58,727 nucleotides of DNA, taken from NCBI GenBank assembly GCA_964575955.1, contig CAZNTG010000008.1, positions 1 through 58,727 of the forward strand. Reading direction: 5' to 3'. How positions within the stretch are numbered: the first letter of the stretch is position 1; the number at the start of each line of letters is the position of its first letter. Shown piece by piece: positions 10,308 to 21,976 of this stretch. This DNA is from an uncultured Thermoproteaceae archaeon (lineage in GTDB: Archaea; Thermoproteota; Thermoprotei; Thermoproteales; Thermocladiaceae). The notes below the pieces were generated by a model, which saw nothing but the letters and a program-made list of their open reading frames with translations, searched no databases and was not told the origin of the DNA. The position numbers and the translations under genes are program-made.

Positions 10308-11702
10308 GTGACAAAAATTCGTAAAGTTCTTCTAGATGAAGATAAAATACCGAAATACTGGTACAACATACTTCCAGACCTTCCAAAACCACTACCACCA
10401 TACATAAATCCATTCACTAGAGAACCTGTAAAACCTGAAGAGATGGAAAGACTATTTCCAAAGGAGTGTGTTAGACAGGAATTTAGTCAAGATAGGTGGA
10501 TTCCAATTCCTGAAGAGGTTAGAGAGGTGTATAGAATTTGGAGACCAACACCACTATATAGAGCTGTAAGACTTGAACAATATTTGAAAACTCCAGCAAA
10601 AATATACTTTAAGTATGAGGGAGTTAGTCCACCAGGTAGTCATAAGCCAAATACAGCTGTAGCTCAAGCATACTACGCATCTAAGGAAGGTGTTGAAAGA
10701 CTTACAACAGAGACAGGTGCTGGACAGTGGGGTAGTGCATTAGCCTTTGGATGTATGTTTTTTGGTATTAAAGCTACAATATACATGGTGAGGTGTAGTT
10801 ATGAACAAAAGCCTTATCGTAGAGTACTTATGGAGCTTTGGGGTGCTGAAGTAATTCCAAGTCCAAGTAATAGAACTGAGGCAGGTAGGAAAATTTTAGA
10901 GAAAGATCCTAACCATCCTGGTAGTCTTGGAATAGCAATTAGTGAAGCTATTGAAGATGCTGTAACTCATGAAAATACTAAGTATGCACTTGGAAGTGTT
11001 CTAAATCATGTACTTCTACATCAGACAGTTATTGGTCAAGAAGCATTAGAACAATTTAAACTTATAGATGACTATCCTGACTTCATAGTTGGCTGTGTTG
11101 GTGGTGGTTCAAGTTTTTCAGGTCTATTCTGGCCATTCTACTATGAGGCATATGTACAGAAGAAAGCTCCAAAAATTCCTGAGTTGATAGCTGTAGAGCC
11201 TACAGCATGTCCAACACTTACAAAGGGTATATACACTTATGATCATGGAGATACTGCAAGACTTACACCACTGTTAAAGATGTATACTCTAGGTCATGAT
11301 TTTACACCACCACCAATACATGCTGGAGGTCTTAGATATCATGGAGATGCACCAACACTATGTCTACTAGTTAAAGAAGGTATTGTAAAAGCTAGAGCAT
11401 ATACACAGACAGAGGTTTTTGAAGCAGCAGCAATATTTGCAAAAACTGAAGGACTAGTACCAGCACCAGAGCCAGCACATGCTATAAAGGCTGTTATAGA
11501 TATAGCACTAGAATGTAAGAGAAAGAATGAACAAAAAACAATACTATTCCTACTATGTGGACATGGATTACTAGACTTAAAAGCATATGACGACTACTTA
11601 AGAGGAAAATTACCACCATACGAATATCCGAAAGAGAAGATTGAGGAATCTATTAAGAAGTTGAAAGAGTTGTACCCATGGTTAGAACAATTACCATACT
11701 GA
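10308..11702 (+). CDS. trpB2: TrpB2-type tryptophan synthase beta-like PLP enzyme
   Basis: GSHKPN PLP lysine, [18 protein letters not shown]. Confidence 0.95.
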   Translation: MTKIRKVLLDEDKIPKYWYNILPDLPKPLPPYINPFTREPVKPEEMERLFPKECVRQEFSQDRWIPIPEEVREVYRIWRPTPLYRAVRLEQYLKTPAKIYFKYEGVSPPGSHKPNTAVAQAYYASKEGVERLTTETGAGQWGSALAFGCMFFGIKATIYMVRCSYEQKPYRRVLMELWGAEVIPSPSNRTEAGRKILEKDPNHPGSLGIAISEAIEDAVTHENTKYALGSVLNHVLLHQTVIGQEALEQFKLIDDYPDFIVGCVGGGSSFSGLFWPFYYEAYVQKKAPKIPELIAVEPTACPTLTKGIYTYDHGDTARLTPLLKMYTLGHDFTPPPIHAGGLRYHGDAPTLCLLVKEGIVKARAYTQTEVFEAAAIFAKTEGLVPAPEPAHAIKAVIDIALECKRKNEQKTILFLLCGHGLLDLKAYDDYLRGKLPPYEYPKEKIEESIKKLKELYPWLEQLPY

Positions 11703-11747
11703 AAACTTAAATCTCAAAACAATTACAGTATCTGGAAGAAAAGATTA

Positions 11748-11808
11748 GTGATGACTAAACGGTCAGCTGATTATTTTCCCCCCTAAATGATGAACACCTA
11801 AAATCTGA
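11748..11808 (+). ncRNA. Box C/D sRNA
   Basis: GTGATGA-12nt-CTGA...ATGATGA-11nt-CTGA in an intergenic gap. Confidence 0.75.
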
Positions 11809-11810
11809 TA

Positions 11811-11863
11811 TCAGTTAAGGGGGAGTTAATTCATCTCTCATATCGGGGACAGCAGTTCATCAT
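11811..11863 (-). ncRNA. Box C/D sRNA
   Basis: Minus strand ATGATGA-actgctgtcc-CCGA...GAGATGA-guide-CTGA; degenerate C'/D'. Confidence 0.6.
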
Positions 11864-11890
11864 CAAGTTAGACTATATATACACAGTTTA

Positions 11891-11940
11891 TCAGCGTAGC
11901 GAGGCTTCATCAATATTTCAGAACGTGCAAATTTCATCAC
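11891..11940 (-). ncRNA. Box C/D sRNA
   Basis: Minus strand GTGATGA-aatttgcacgtt-CTGA-aata-TTGATGA-agcctcgctacg-CTGA; canonical 12-nt guides. Confidence 0.88.
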
Positions 11941-11942
11941 TA

Positions 11943-12905
11943 CTACTCTAATGTTAGTATTTTAGCACCTCTATTATCTACATTAGTTATGTATATACAT
12001 TCTAAGTCTATCTCTTCCATAAGTCTCTTTTTAACTCTTTCACATGTCTTATATGAATCACATACACCATAGAATGTTGGACCCCAACATGACTGTGCAG
12101 CACCCACACATCCTTCCTGTAGCATAATTTCAATACCTCTCTCAACCTCACTTGAGCAGTATATTCCTTCCTGAATATAGCTCCAGTATGTTCCTGTAAT
12201 TTTATTAAACTCCGTTATAGCTTTTCCAAATTGTTCAATATCTTGCTCTTCTATTGCTGGTATAAGTTTTACAAGAACTATTCTACATAATTTACCTACC
12301 ATTTCCTCACTCATCTTTGGTAGTTTTCTCAATATTTCAACTTCTCTAGACTTAACCTCAAGTACTCTCTCAGGAATGTTTCTAGGTAATGCAACTATGA
12401 AATACCATGATTTAGGTATTTCACCTCTATATACTAGTGGTGGTACTTTTCCAAATTTATCAACTCTATAACCAGCATCTACTATAGCTCCACCATACTT
12501 AAATGAGTATACTCCAAGACCACTAACAACACCTCTACCAAATTTTGGTGCTACTTCAACAATATCAATATCTATACTACATAGTCTAGCTAATCCATAG
12601 ACTATTGACAATGTTAAACTTGTTGTTAATCCAAGTCCAACACCTCTCTTATAGCTATTCAATACTTTTATACTAAAATTCTTATTAACATTAAACATTT
12701 GTAAAAACTTGTTTAAAACATCTTTTGAAATATCTACGTAACTGCCTGATATATCTGTAGAATCTGATATACTTACCTCAACTTCAACATATGGATTTTC
12801 TAATGCAAAACCTATAGTTCCAAAAAGTCTACCATATTCACCATTTAAATCAAAATTTCCTAGATGTACGTGAGATGGTGCTCTTATTCTAATTCTACTA
12901 ACCAT
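11943..12905 (-). CDS. Beta-RFAP synthase-like GHMP-family protein
   Basis: APSHVHLG, GLGLTT, GRGVVSGLG, QSCWGPT. Confidence 0.85.
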   Translation of the reverse strand: MVSRIRIRAPSHVHLGNFDLNGEYGRLFGTIGFALENPYVEVEVSISDSTDISGSYVDISKDVLNKFLQMFNVNKNFSIKVLNSYKRGVGLGLTTSLTLSIVYGLARLCSIDIDIVEVAPKFGRGVVSGLGVYSFKYGGAIVDAGYRVDKFGKVPPLVYRGEIPKSWYFIVALPRNIPERVLEVKSREVEILRKLPKMSEEMVGKLCRIVLVKLIPAIEEQDIEQFGKAITEFNKITGTYWSYIQEGIYCSSEVERGIEIMLQEGCVGAAQSCWGPTFYGVCDSYKTCERVKKRLMEEIDLECIYITNVDNRGAKILTLE

Positions 12906-12957
12906 GCTTTATTATTCGGAAGATTTAAACGATAAATAATTTATACATTAACGTCTT

Positions 12958-15900
12958 ATGAGAGAAATTGTTAACATACTTCTAGGAGTAGTAATTGCAG
13001 CATTAGCATTTACAATCCTACTAATACTATCATCAGGACTTCTTCACATAAAAACTCCAACACTACTAATAAATAGTTCAGGTACCTCAAATAGGAATAT
13101 CAATATTAAGTCAATATCAATAACACCAATACTACATTTAAGTTTTAATAGGTTGAACCTAAATGAGTTTAATAATAGTAATAGAAATATAACACTATTC
13201 ATAGTATATTCAAGACCAGGATCTCAATATGGAGAAATATCATACTTCTTAGTATCAACATATTCAAAACTTGTTGGATATAGCTGGATTTTAGATAGAT
13301 CAGGAAGGTTTTTAAGAAAAATTGAAACTACATGTCCAACATCTAGATGTGATATGTATTGCTATACTATTAAATTATTGAAAAAATTTAACTATCTACC
13401 ACATACAGGTATTCCAAAATACATATTTATTATAGAAGGTAGTGCAAATTCAATATTATACAATCCTGATACGTATATGTTAAAACCATATAATGGAGAT
13501 GTGTGGATGTATAGAATTTGTGTATATATACCTAAGATAGATCTCTCAAAAGTATTAGATATCCCACTGTCAATGTATAGGCATATAAATATATCGAAAA
13601 CATATCTATATGTTGATAATGATTATAGAGTTATAATATTGAGATATTTTAAGAAGTATGTTGAAAATTGTAGAACATTGAAATGCTTAATATATAACAT
13701 TTTAACATTCTTTAAACATCATTATAAATATACACCATACATATCTATATCAAGTAACCTAGTTCTAAATCTATTGAATAGGAAATATATAAATTGTCTT
13801 GGTGCTAATACACTACTAGTACTTATACTTAGAAGTTTTGGTATCCCAGCAAGACTTGCAGCAGGATTTATTGGTAGTCCATACTCAACTTATCAGAAGA
13901 TAACTCTACAAAATGCTCATGCATGGACTCAAATATACGTTCCAGGTGTAGGGTGGGTAACTATAGATTCAACACCTGGAATTGTTGACATGTATTTAAG
14001 ATTGATAAACTATACACAAAAAGTTTCAAGACATATAAAGACTAGAAGATACACAATATCTAGACTATACATTGGAGAGAGATTGAACATTACTGGTAAT
14101 ATAGGTGTTGTATATGGAACATTACCAACACACTACCTGAGACTTGTAATATATGATACATATCTTAGAAATGGTACATGGTATATGACTAGTATAGTTA
14201 GAAATTGGGGTAGTATGGATATAAATGCTAAATATATAGCACAACTACCAAACATATTGAGTAGATATGTATGTTATAGAGTATCATTACTAAAGAATAT
14301 TAGATATGTACCACATGTAAAGTATGTATCATATGTAAATCATGGAGAAATTATTAAGCAGAGTGATCTTATATATAGTGAAGGTTTTAAAGATTTTAAA
14401 ATATGTTCAATATATATATCAGACATATATCTACTAGATATACTTGGAAACATTCCAATAAAAATCTATAAGAATATTAATATACCGAAAAACTATCTTG
14501 AAGTTCCATCTAGTGATCTAGAACTTTTAAAAAAGATAGCATTAGAAGTTACAAGAGGATGTTTAGATATTAAATGTATCATAAATAGATTACTATATTA
14601 TATAAATTCAAGATCTAAATATGGACATACTAGACTGTTAAATGTTAAAGATTTTGTAAAGTATATTTTCGAGAATAATATTAAGAATATTGATAGTTTA
14701 GAGGCAAATACACTATTTATACTAATGTTGAGAAGTATAGGTATACCTTCAAGACTTGTATTAGGATTCTATGTTAAAGATATTTCAAAGAGTGTACATA
14801 TTCTAAACAGTTCTAATATATATGCATGGTCTGAAATATATATTCCAGCATATGGAGGTTTATGGATTAGAATTGATGCAACACCTGGAAAGTTTAGAAA
14901 AAGCTATATTATACATTATCGTAGAGAGTTATCTTTAATTAGAGGTGGATCTTGGAATTGTACATATATAATGTTTAAATCGATTTTTGAACCTATTAGA
15001 TATATACATGTTACAGTTCCTGAAGGTTTAATATATAGATATGATATACGTAGTGTAGGTTATGGAATTTATAACATATCAATTTGCTATAAAGCTTCTA
15101 AATATGCTAAACTTGGAACATACTTATCAACTGTAGATATAGTAACCTATAATCACAATAGAGTTAGTGTATATATACATGTTAAATCTAGAACATACAT
15201 TAAGATAATTAAAATATTTCCAAAATATGTATCTCCTGGATCTGAATTTGAAATTATTGGAGAGTTACTAAATGATGAAGGTAAGTTAATTAAGATACCT
15301 AACCTCATAGTCTATGCATACATACTGACTAGTAAGAATGGTAATATAGTTACAACATGTGTAGGTAAGACAAATTCTAGTGGAATATTTAGAATTATAT
15401 GTACAATTCCTGAAAATGTTAAGATAGGTAGGTCATACTACGTAGAGCTGTACTTTCCTGGAAATGAGACTCTTGCTGAGTCAAGAATAGATCCATACAT
15501 ATACATAACTAGGAGGTGTACTCTAAATATAATATCAAACGGATTTTGTTTTAAAAACTTTCCAGGTCTAGTAGTGTGTCTATATAATTCAAGTTTTGTA
15601 AATGTTAGAATAGTTTCAGAGGTTTCAAATAATATAGAGATCAATACCATAAAATCTAGTAACATGATATCAATCATGAAAGGTAGTAATAGTATAGTAA
15701 TTTCAGGAATTTTGACTAATAATTCTATATTTAGACTGATATATGCTGGTAGTGTAGATTGTGCATATTTTGATCTTACTATACTATTGTTGAGAACTAA
15801 TATAAGTGTAGACGTTTTAAATAAAATATCTAACAATACAATTATAGTGTATAGAAATTCTACATTGAGATTACATATAAATTTAAATATACCTATCTCA

Positions 15901-17091
15901 CTTATATTAAAATACTACATATATAGCTATAGGAATGGTACGCTAATAAAGACAGGATATTTAACATATGTAAATGGTAGAAGTAATATTTTCAACATAA
16001 CTTTAAATAATGTTAAACCTGGTCTATATCGTCTAACTATAAGAATATTAGGACAGTTAATATTTAGAATAACTTCACTATCGAGGTATACATCTCCTCT
16101 AAATAAGTATAGGGATGTTATAGTTGAATCATATTTACTATCTTATCCAAATATAAATCTAGTTAGTAGTTACTTATTCTCAAAACCTGTAGAGGTTAGA
16201 TCTGTACTGTACATAAGAATTCTAGAGAAAGTTGTAGATTATTCTCACGGTATTGTTACTATTGTTGGTAAAGTTTTAGATAAATTTAGTAGAGAGCCTA
16301 TGCCTGATGTATATGTTTGTTCAAATTCTAAATGTGTATTAACTAATAAGTCAGGAATATTTTCAATATCTCTACACCTATCTCCAAACATTGTTATTAT
16401 AGCTAGATCAAGATCTCCATTTTACGATAGTGCTAGACTAGTTATTCATATATCGTTAATATACATGTATTTGATTTATATTGTTATAGGTATTATAGCT
16501 ATTATATGTCTATTTTCTACATATTTAGTAGTTAAGAAAGTTTTGAAGAAATATAGAAGAACTTCAAATATTGTTAAAGGTAGGGTTGGTAATGTTGTTG
16601 GTAGTATTGAATTTGTCAGCATTGGTAGGGGTGAACCGTTGATATGGAGTGTTAATGAGCCATTAGATATAGTTGTGAATGTTTTGAAAGATGGTGAACC
16701 TGTACCTGATAGTGAGATTAAGTTAGAGATTTCAGGAGTATATGAGGGATTTGGTAGAAGACATACTGTCGTATTTAGAAATGAGGGTATTTATAAGGTA
16801 TGTCTATACTTTAATAATTTGAAGATTTGTGAAACATCTATTAAGATTGTTGACTATAGGTTAGAGATTGGTAGAATGTTTAGAGATTTTGTAATTAAAA
16901 CCTTGGGATATTATTCAGAATATATGACACCTAGATCTATAGTTAATAAGCTTGTTGAAAGAGGATTTCCTAAAGATATTGTTGAGAATATTGTTAAAAT
17001 CCATGAAATTGTAACTTACGGTAATGAGCCTGTTGATAGAAGACTATTTTTAGAATTCGTTACACTTATAACGTCTCTAGATTATGGATAG
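12958..17091 (+). CDS. Large membrane-anchored protein with two transglutaminase-like domains
   Basis: N-terminal TM; two LRSxGIPxRL...AW...W..ID.TP repeats; C-terminal TM and a DUF4129-like tail (TPR...HEIVTYG). Confidence 0.8.
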   Translation: MREIVNILLGVVIAALAFTILLILSSGLLHIKTPTLLINSSGTSNRNINIKSISITPILHLSFNRLNLNEFNNSNRNITLFIVYSRPGSQYGEISYFLVSTYSKLVGYSWILDRSGRFLRKIETTCPTSRCDMYCYTIKLLKKFNYLPHTGIPKYIFIIEGSANSILYNPDTYMLKPYNGDVWMYRICVYIPKIDLSKVLDIPLSMYRHINISKTYLYVDNDYRVIILRYFKKYVENCRTLKCLIYNILTFFKHHYKYTPYISISSNLVLNLLNRKYINCLGANTLLVLILRSFGIPARLAAGFIGSPYSTYQKITLQNAHAWTQIYVPGVGWVTIDSTPGIVDMYLRLINYTQKVSRHIKTRRYTISRLYIGERLNITGNIGVVYGTLPTHYLRLVIYDTYLRNGTWYMTSIVRNWGSMDINAKYIAQLPNILSRYVCYRVSLLKNIRYVPHVKYVSYVNHGEIIKQSDLIYSEGFKDFKICSIYISDIYLLDILGNIPIKIYKNINIPKNYLEVPSSDLELLKKIALEVTRGCLDIKCIINRLLYYINSRSKYGHTRLLNVKDFVKYIFENNIKNIDSLEANTLFILMLRSIGIPSRLVLGFYVKDISKSVHILNSSNIYAWSEIYIPAYGGLWIRIDATPGKFRKSYIIHYRRELSLIRGGSWNCTYIMFKSIFEPIRYIHVTVPEGLIYRYDIRSVGYGIYNISICYKASKYAKLGTYLSTVDIVTYNHNRVSVYIHVKSRTYIKIIKIFPKYVSPGSEFEIIGELLNDEGKLIKIPNLIVYAYILTSKNGNIVTTCVGKTNSSGIFRIICTIPENVKIGRSYYVELYFPGNETLAESRIDPYIYITRRCTLNIISNGFCFKNFPGLVVCLYNSSFVNVRIVSEVSNNIEINTIKSSNMISIMKGSNSIVISGILTNNSIFRLIYAGSVDCAYFDLTILLLRTNISVDVLNKISNNTIIVYRNSTLRLHINLNIPISLILKYYIYSYRNGTLIKTGYLTYVNGRSNIFNITLNNVKPGLYRLTIRILGQLIFRITSLSRYTSPLNKYRDVIVESYLLSYPNINLVSSYLFSKPVEVRSVLYIRILEKVVDYSHGIVTIVGKVLDKFSREPMPDVYVCSNSKCVLTNKSGIFSISLHLSPNIVIIARSRSPFYDSARLVIHISLIYMYLIYIVIGIIAIICLFSTYLVVKKVLKKYRRTSNIVKGRVGNVVGSIEFVSIGRGEPLIWSVNEPLDIVVNVLKDGEPVPDSEIKLEISGVYEGFGRRHTVVFRNEGIYKVCLYFNNLKICETSIKIVDYRLEIGRMFRDFVIKTLGYYSEYMTPRSIVNKLVERGFPKDIVENIVKIHEIVTYGNEPVDRRLFLEFVTLITSLDYG

Positions 17092-17094
17092 ATC

Positions 17095-18510
17095 TTGCGG
17101 GTGTACCGCTTAGAGAGATCTCGAAGTTTATTGTTTAGGAGAATCTTCATAGTTGTATCAACGATATTAATCTTTATACTAGCTTATAGAATTGTTACAG
17201 TAATTTTAAGCTATCTATATCTTGAGAATGTTGTTAATACACTAGAACTTCTATATATTCCATCACTGTCAATTGTATTATGTATATGTACTGCATCGAT
17301 AATTGAAGAAATATGCATACTATACCTAGATAAGGCTAAGCTTGTCTCAATGCTTGGATACATATGTGATATACTTTACTCAATATCGTTCATAATTCCA
17401 ATATTCTTAATACCAGATAAGCTATTTTCAAAGTTAGGATTACAATCATTGAAGTTGTATATTATACCCTTAGTGTGTGGTATTGCTATATCATCTATAG
17501 TATATTCTAGAAGTGTTATTTCTAGTAGAGATGTTAAATGTGTAAAATATTTGATAGCTACAATATTGTTAGCATCTACGATACCTTTGATAGTGTATTT
17601 TGTTGATAAGATTGTAAATTTAAGTTATAGAGATGTTGTGTTTATTTCATCTTTTATATCAATTCCATGTCTATCATATTTTGGAGAGAAGTATGGTGAT
17701 CGTAGAAGAGTCATATATTCTATAGTTTTTATAGTGTTTATGCTATTACTATTGTTGATATATTTCATATATGCTAGACCATACATATATAATATCGTAA
17801 TTTCTAGATCTCATAATGTTAATGTTATGAATTTCATAGATGCAGGTCTAATATCTTTAATAGTGTTGATAAGTTTAGCTTCTATATATGCTATATCTGG
17901 CAAGATTGAAAGTCCTCTACTTGTAGAGATAGCTAATCCATATGAAGTTATTAGGAGTATCACTTTAGACTATGTTGGTGAGAAAGTTGTTAGTAGATTT
18001 CTAGATTTTGTACGTAGTGGTGATAAGAAGCATCTTATATGTAGTTTAGTAGAGCTTTTTAGTTTTGATAATTATAATGTTGAGATTTTAGAGAAGGTTG
18101 TTGATATTATAATGAAGTATGAAGATTTGAAAGTTCCAACATTAGCATCTAGGTGGCATGTTGTTGCTATTGGTTATAGAAATGTTTCTAGAAGAATAGC
18201 ACTTCTATATGCTATAGTTAACATTGTTAAAGGTAGAGAAGTTGATGTTGAGCATATTGAGGAGATTTCTAAGAAAGTATTTAGAGATATTCCAAGTATA
18301 TTTATTCCTGGATTAGTACCCTACATGTCTATGTTGTTAATACCATGTCTAGTATTGTTAGCAATTTTCTATAAGATTAGCATAGTACTCTATCTTATAC
18401 CACTACTCACAGGTCTAATGGTACTATTTTCAGATTTACCTGTACTATTGAGAAGATGTGTTGTTAGAGATTTTATAGATATGTATAAGAGCTTGAAGAT
18501 ACTTAAGTAG
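17095..18510 (+). CDS. Multi-pass membrane protein
   Basis: Many hydrophobic segments; operonic. Confidence 0.75.
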   Translation: MRVYRLERSRSLLFRRIFIVVSTILIFILAYRIVTVILSYLYLENVVNTLELLYIPSLSIVLCICTASIIEEICILYLDKAKLVSMLGYICDILYSISFIIPIFLIPDKLFSKLGLQSLKLYIIPLVCGIAISSIVYSRSVISSRDVKCVKYLIATILLASTIPLIVYFVDKIVNLSYRDVVFISSFISIPCLSYFGEKYGDRRRVIYSIVFIVFMLLLLLIYFIYARPYIYNIVISRSHNVNVMNFIDAGLISLIVLISLASIYAISGKIESPLLVEIANPYEVIRSITLDYVGEKVVSRFLDFVRSGDKKHLICSLVELFSFDNYNVEILEKVVDIIMKYEDLKVPTLASRWHVVAIGYRNVSRRIALLYAIVNIVKGREVDVEHIEEISKKVFRDIPSIFIPGLVPYMSMLLIPCLVLLAIFYKISIVLYLIPLLTGLMVLFSDLPVLLRRCVVRDFIDMYKSLKILK

Positions 18511-18513
18511 AAT

Positions 18514-19491
18514 ATGCAGTCTTCACCAGGTATTTCACAATATTTAGAACTTGTTAAGAGGATTGTATATGAGATTTGTAGATTCTTTGTTGCAAGACCT
18601 GAAATTATTGTTAAAATCCTTGCTGCAATCTTATCAAATTCTCACATATTATTTGAAGATTATCCAGGTCTTGGTAAGACATTATTAGCTAAGATAATTG
18701 CTAAAGTTCTTGGTTGTGATTTTAAGAGAGTACAATTCACACCTGACTTACTACCTGCAGATATTATAGGTACTAAGGTGTGGGTTCCAGGTAAAGGTAA
18801 GTTTAGACTTGTTAAAGGTCCAATATTTACGAATATCCTTCTTGCAGATGAAATTAATAGAGCACCTCCAAAAACTCAAGCTGCACTTCTAGAAGCTATG
18901 GAGGAGAGACAGGTAACAATTGAGGGAAGGACGTATAAACTTGATCAGCCTTTCATAGTTTTAGCAACTCAAAATCCTATAGAACTTGAAGGAACTTATC
19001 CACTTCCTGAAGCACTTCTAGATAGATTTTCCATCAAGTTAAGTATGGGATATCCACAATCTATTGATGAGGAAGTTGAAATATTGAAGAGAAGGATTGA
19101 ATGGAAGAAGGATGACCCAACTGAAGATGTTAGACAAGTTATAACTAAGGTTGATCTTGTAAAACTTCAAAAGATAGTTGAAGAGTATATATATGTTGAT
19201 AAGTGCATACTTGAATATATTGCTCAAATAGTTAGAACAATTAGAAATGATTCAAGAGTACTTGCAGGACCTAGTCCTAGAGGTACAATATTTCTAATGA
19301 AGCTTAGTAAAGCTATAGCATTTCTATCTGGTAGAACATATGTAATTCCTGATGATGTACTATTCATAGCTGTAGATGTACTATCTCATAGATTAGTTAT
19401 AAAACCTGAATATGTTGAAGAGGTAAATCCTGAAACCATAGTTAGAGAATGTATTCAGAAAGTTCCTGTACCTAAAGTTGCGAGATATTGA
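18514..19491 (+). CDS. moxR: MoxR-family AAA+ ATPase
   Basis: PGLGKT, RVQFTPDLLPADI, DEINRAPPKTQAALLEAMEE, ATQNPIE. Confidence 0.95.
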   Translation: MQSSPGISQYLELVKRIVYEICRFFVARPEIIVKILAAILSNSHILFEDYPGLGKTLLAKIIAKVLGCDFKRVQFTPDLLPADIIGTKVWVPGKGKFRLVKGPIFTNILLADEINRAPPKTQAALLEAMEERQVTIEGRTYKLDQPFIVLATQNPIELEGTYPLPEALLDRFSIKLSMGYPQSIDEEVEILKRRIEWKKDDPTEDVRQVITKVDLVKLQKIVEEYIYVDKCILEYIAQIVRTIRNDSRVLAGPSPRGTIFLMKLSKAIAFLSGRTYVIPDDVLFIAVDVLSHRLVIKPEYVEEVNPETIVRECIQKVPVPKVARY

Positions 19492-20843
19492 ATATGAGTA
19501 GTGAATTTTTGAAATATGAAGAATATGAGAAGTATATTGAAAAGATTAGATCATTAATAACAAGAGACATATCAAAATACTGTATAGTAATATTCATAGT
19601 ATTAACAATAATTGGATTATTAACATTAAATGGGTATATAGTTATAATTGGAAGCTCTACACTATGTACATTACTTACAACAATGTTAATACCATATCCT
19701 GAAGTTAATATAGATGTTGAGTTGAGTAGTGAGAAGTGTGAAGTTGGAAATATATTAGACATATATGTGAAAGTCGTATCGAGAAGAGGTTTAGGAATTA
19801 TAACTATAAAGGTTGAAGTACCTGAGGAATTTGATATTATTGATAGTAGGACAATATTTTCAATATTTAAAGGTTTTCAGGATATTGATATTAAGTATAG
19901 AATCAGGGTAAGACCAACAAAGATAGGAACTTATAAAGTCAAGATATCTAGAGTTGAACTATGGAACATATTTTCAACTAGAGGTTTGAAAATTGAAGAA
20001 CCTGAAATATTTAAGATAGTTCATGTTGTTCCAAAAATGCTTACAGGAAGAGGTAGACTTAGAGTTAGACCTAGAATCTATAGATTACCACCAGTACAGA
20101 TATCTAGATTGAAAATTGGACCAGCATCTACAGAATTTAGAGAAATTAGAAAGTATGTACCTGGTGATCCTATAAAGTATATTAATTGGAAAGCAACTGC
20201 AAGAATTGGTCTAGACTATCCGTTAGTTAATGAGTATGAGAGAGAAAGTATATCTAGAATATTCATAATACCTGACCTATCTCTTAGAACACTCTTAGAA
20301 GGTTATGAAATTAATAGTCATGATGAAATAATATCAATAGTTTTATCACTATCTAGAATATTGTTAAGAAATGGATGTCAAATAAAGATATTTGATCCAT
20401 ATACATCAAAAATATTTAAAATATATGGAGCACAGTTGAAACTATATAAAGTTATAGAACACTTCACAAGATTTAGAGAATATGTAAAAATTGGTAATGA
20501 TGTGATAAATAATAGCTATATAGTTGAGACAATATTGAAAAATTGTAAAGATGTTGATTATATAATAATGATAACATGTATAGATAATACAATCATTAGA
20601 AAACTATTAAATATCATTAAGATGATGAGAAAATATAGAAATAAGATAATTATAGTTGATATAGATTCTCAAAAGATAATTGAGAAAGTAGATTTAAAAT
20701 ATGGTATCTGCACTAGCATGTACATGTCTATTAAAGATATGTTAAGAAGTTACTTAAGTAGACATGGCGTTAGAGTTTTAAAATATAGTGCTGGTTCAGG
20801 AATTGGTAAGATTGTTAGTGAAATTATATGTCAAGTACTTTAA
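19488..20843 (+). CDS. DUF58 (VWA-like) MoxR partner
   Basis: EFREIRKYVPGDPIKYINWKATAR. Confidence 0.9.
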   Translation: MNMSSEFLKYEEYEKYIEKIRSLITRDISKYCIVIFIVLTIIGLLTLNGYIVIIGSSTLCTLLTTMLIPYPEVNIDVELSSEKCEVGNILDIYVKVVSRRGLGIITIKVEVPEEFDIIDSRTIFSIFKGFQDIDIKYRIRVRPTKIGTYKVKISRVELWNIFSTRGLKIEEPEIFKIVHVVPKMLTGRGRLRVRPRIYRLPPVQISRLKIGPASTEFREIRKYVPGDPIKYINWKATARIGLDYPLVNEYERESISRIFIIPDLSLRTLLEGYEINSHDEIISIVLSLSRILLRNGCQIKIFDPYTSKIFKIYGAQLKLYKVIEHFTRFREYVKIGNDVINNSYIVETILKNCKDVDYIIMITCIDNTIIRKLLNIIKMMRKYRNKIIIVDIDSQKIIEKVDLKYGICTSMYMSIKDMLRSYLSRHGVRVLKYSAGSGIGKIVSEIICQVL

Positions 20844-21514
20844 GAATATTCTTAGGATTAATATTTAAGTTTATAATATCTATAGCATCTTCATTAACAT
20901 TATCATATGTAATATACCTAGTACCTCTACTAAACTATTTTGCAATCTTAATTACTAGTCATATATTTGGAGTCTATATAAGTCCTATATTTTCATCATT
21001 TATATTTTTCTCAATAATATTTATAATATATACGTCAGTATCTAGAAGTTGTAGACTTGGTCCTCTAGTGAATGTTGTTCTTATAATTCTAGTTCTTATA
21101 CTAAATTCTCCAGGTATATACCTCATAGTTAACTATATGCTAAATCACTTTAGTAATGAGTTTGTTATTAACATTGCTAGGTTTATATATGATTTTCATG
21201 TTAGTACTAGTAGTATTTTAATACTTTCAATAATTGCTATTTTAAATGTTGGTTTTCTTGTGATGTCTAGAGTTTTAGAGAATTATGATGTATATGTTGA
21301 GCTTGTAGAGGTTAAGAGAATACCAACTTACGGATCTATCTCTAGTCTTCTAATACTTTCTTTAGTGTTTATAGTCTTGTCTATTATGTTGTGTATATGT
21401 ATCTTTACTATGCCTTTCGTTAAAGGTATCTATGTTCCTATTACCATGTCTATTATGGGTATTAGTGTATTTACTATAGTTATGCTGTTTATACTTGCTT
21501 TGAGAAAAAGCTAA
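20828..21514 (+). CDS. Membrane protein
   Basis: Hydrophobic ORF ending the MoxR operon. Confidence 0.7.
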   Translation: MSSTLRIFLGLIFKFIISIASSLTLSYVIYLVPLLNYFAILITSHIFGVYISPIFSSFIFFSIIFIIYTSVSRSCRLGPLVNVVLIILVLILNSPGIYLIVNYMLNHFSNEFVINIARFIYDFHVSTSSILILSIIAILNVGFLVMSRVLENYDVYVELVEVKRIPTYGSISSLLILSLVFIVLSIMLCICIFTMPFVKGIYVPITMSIMGISVFTIVMLFILALRKS

Positions 21515-21547
21515 AGTATATAAACTATCTATCACATATCTTGTAGT

Positions 21548-21976
21548 ATGTGTGCTTTTAATCCTAGAAAACTTAGAAAGATGTTGAGAAGTTTAGATTT
21601 GTCAAATTTGAGACTTGAGGAAGTTCCAAATGTTGCTAGAGTTGAATTTATTCTTAAAGATGGTTCTAGAATTGTTATAGATTCTCCTAATGTTGCTAAG
21701 GTTAGTATTGGTGGTTTAATAGTTTTTCAAATTCAAGCTCAGTCTGGATCTATTAGACAGATATCTTCTAGTGAGATTAGTATTCAAACTCAGTCTAGAC
21801 AGGAGTCTCTAATAGTTAGAGAAGAGAGTAAGAAAACTTTTACAGATGAGGATGTTGAACTTGTAGTTCAGGAGACTGGTTGTTCTCGTGAAGAGGCTAT
21901 TAAAGCACTTGAAGAGACGGGAGGTGATATTGCAGAGGCTATCATGCTTATTAAAAGTAGAAGAGGTAGTTCTTAA
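21548..21976 (+). CDS. nac: Nascent polypeptide-associated complex protein
   Basis: NPRKLRKM N-terminus; C-terminal UBA-like [32 protein letters not shown]. Confidence 0.9.
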   Translation: MCAFNPRKLRKMLRSLDLSNLRLEEVPNVARVEFILKDGSRIVIDSPNVAKVSIGGLIVFQIQAQSGSIRQISSSEISIQTQSRQESLIVREESKKTFTDEDVELVVQETGCSREEAIKALEETGGDIAEAIMLIKSRRGSS

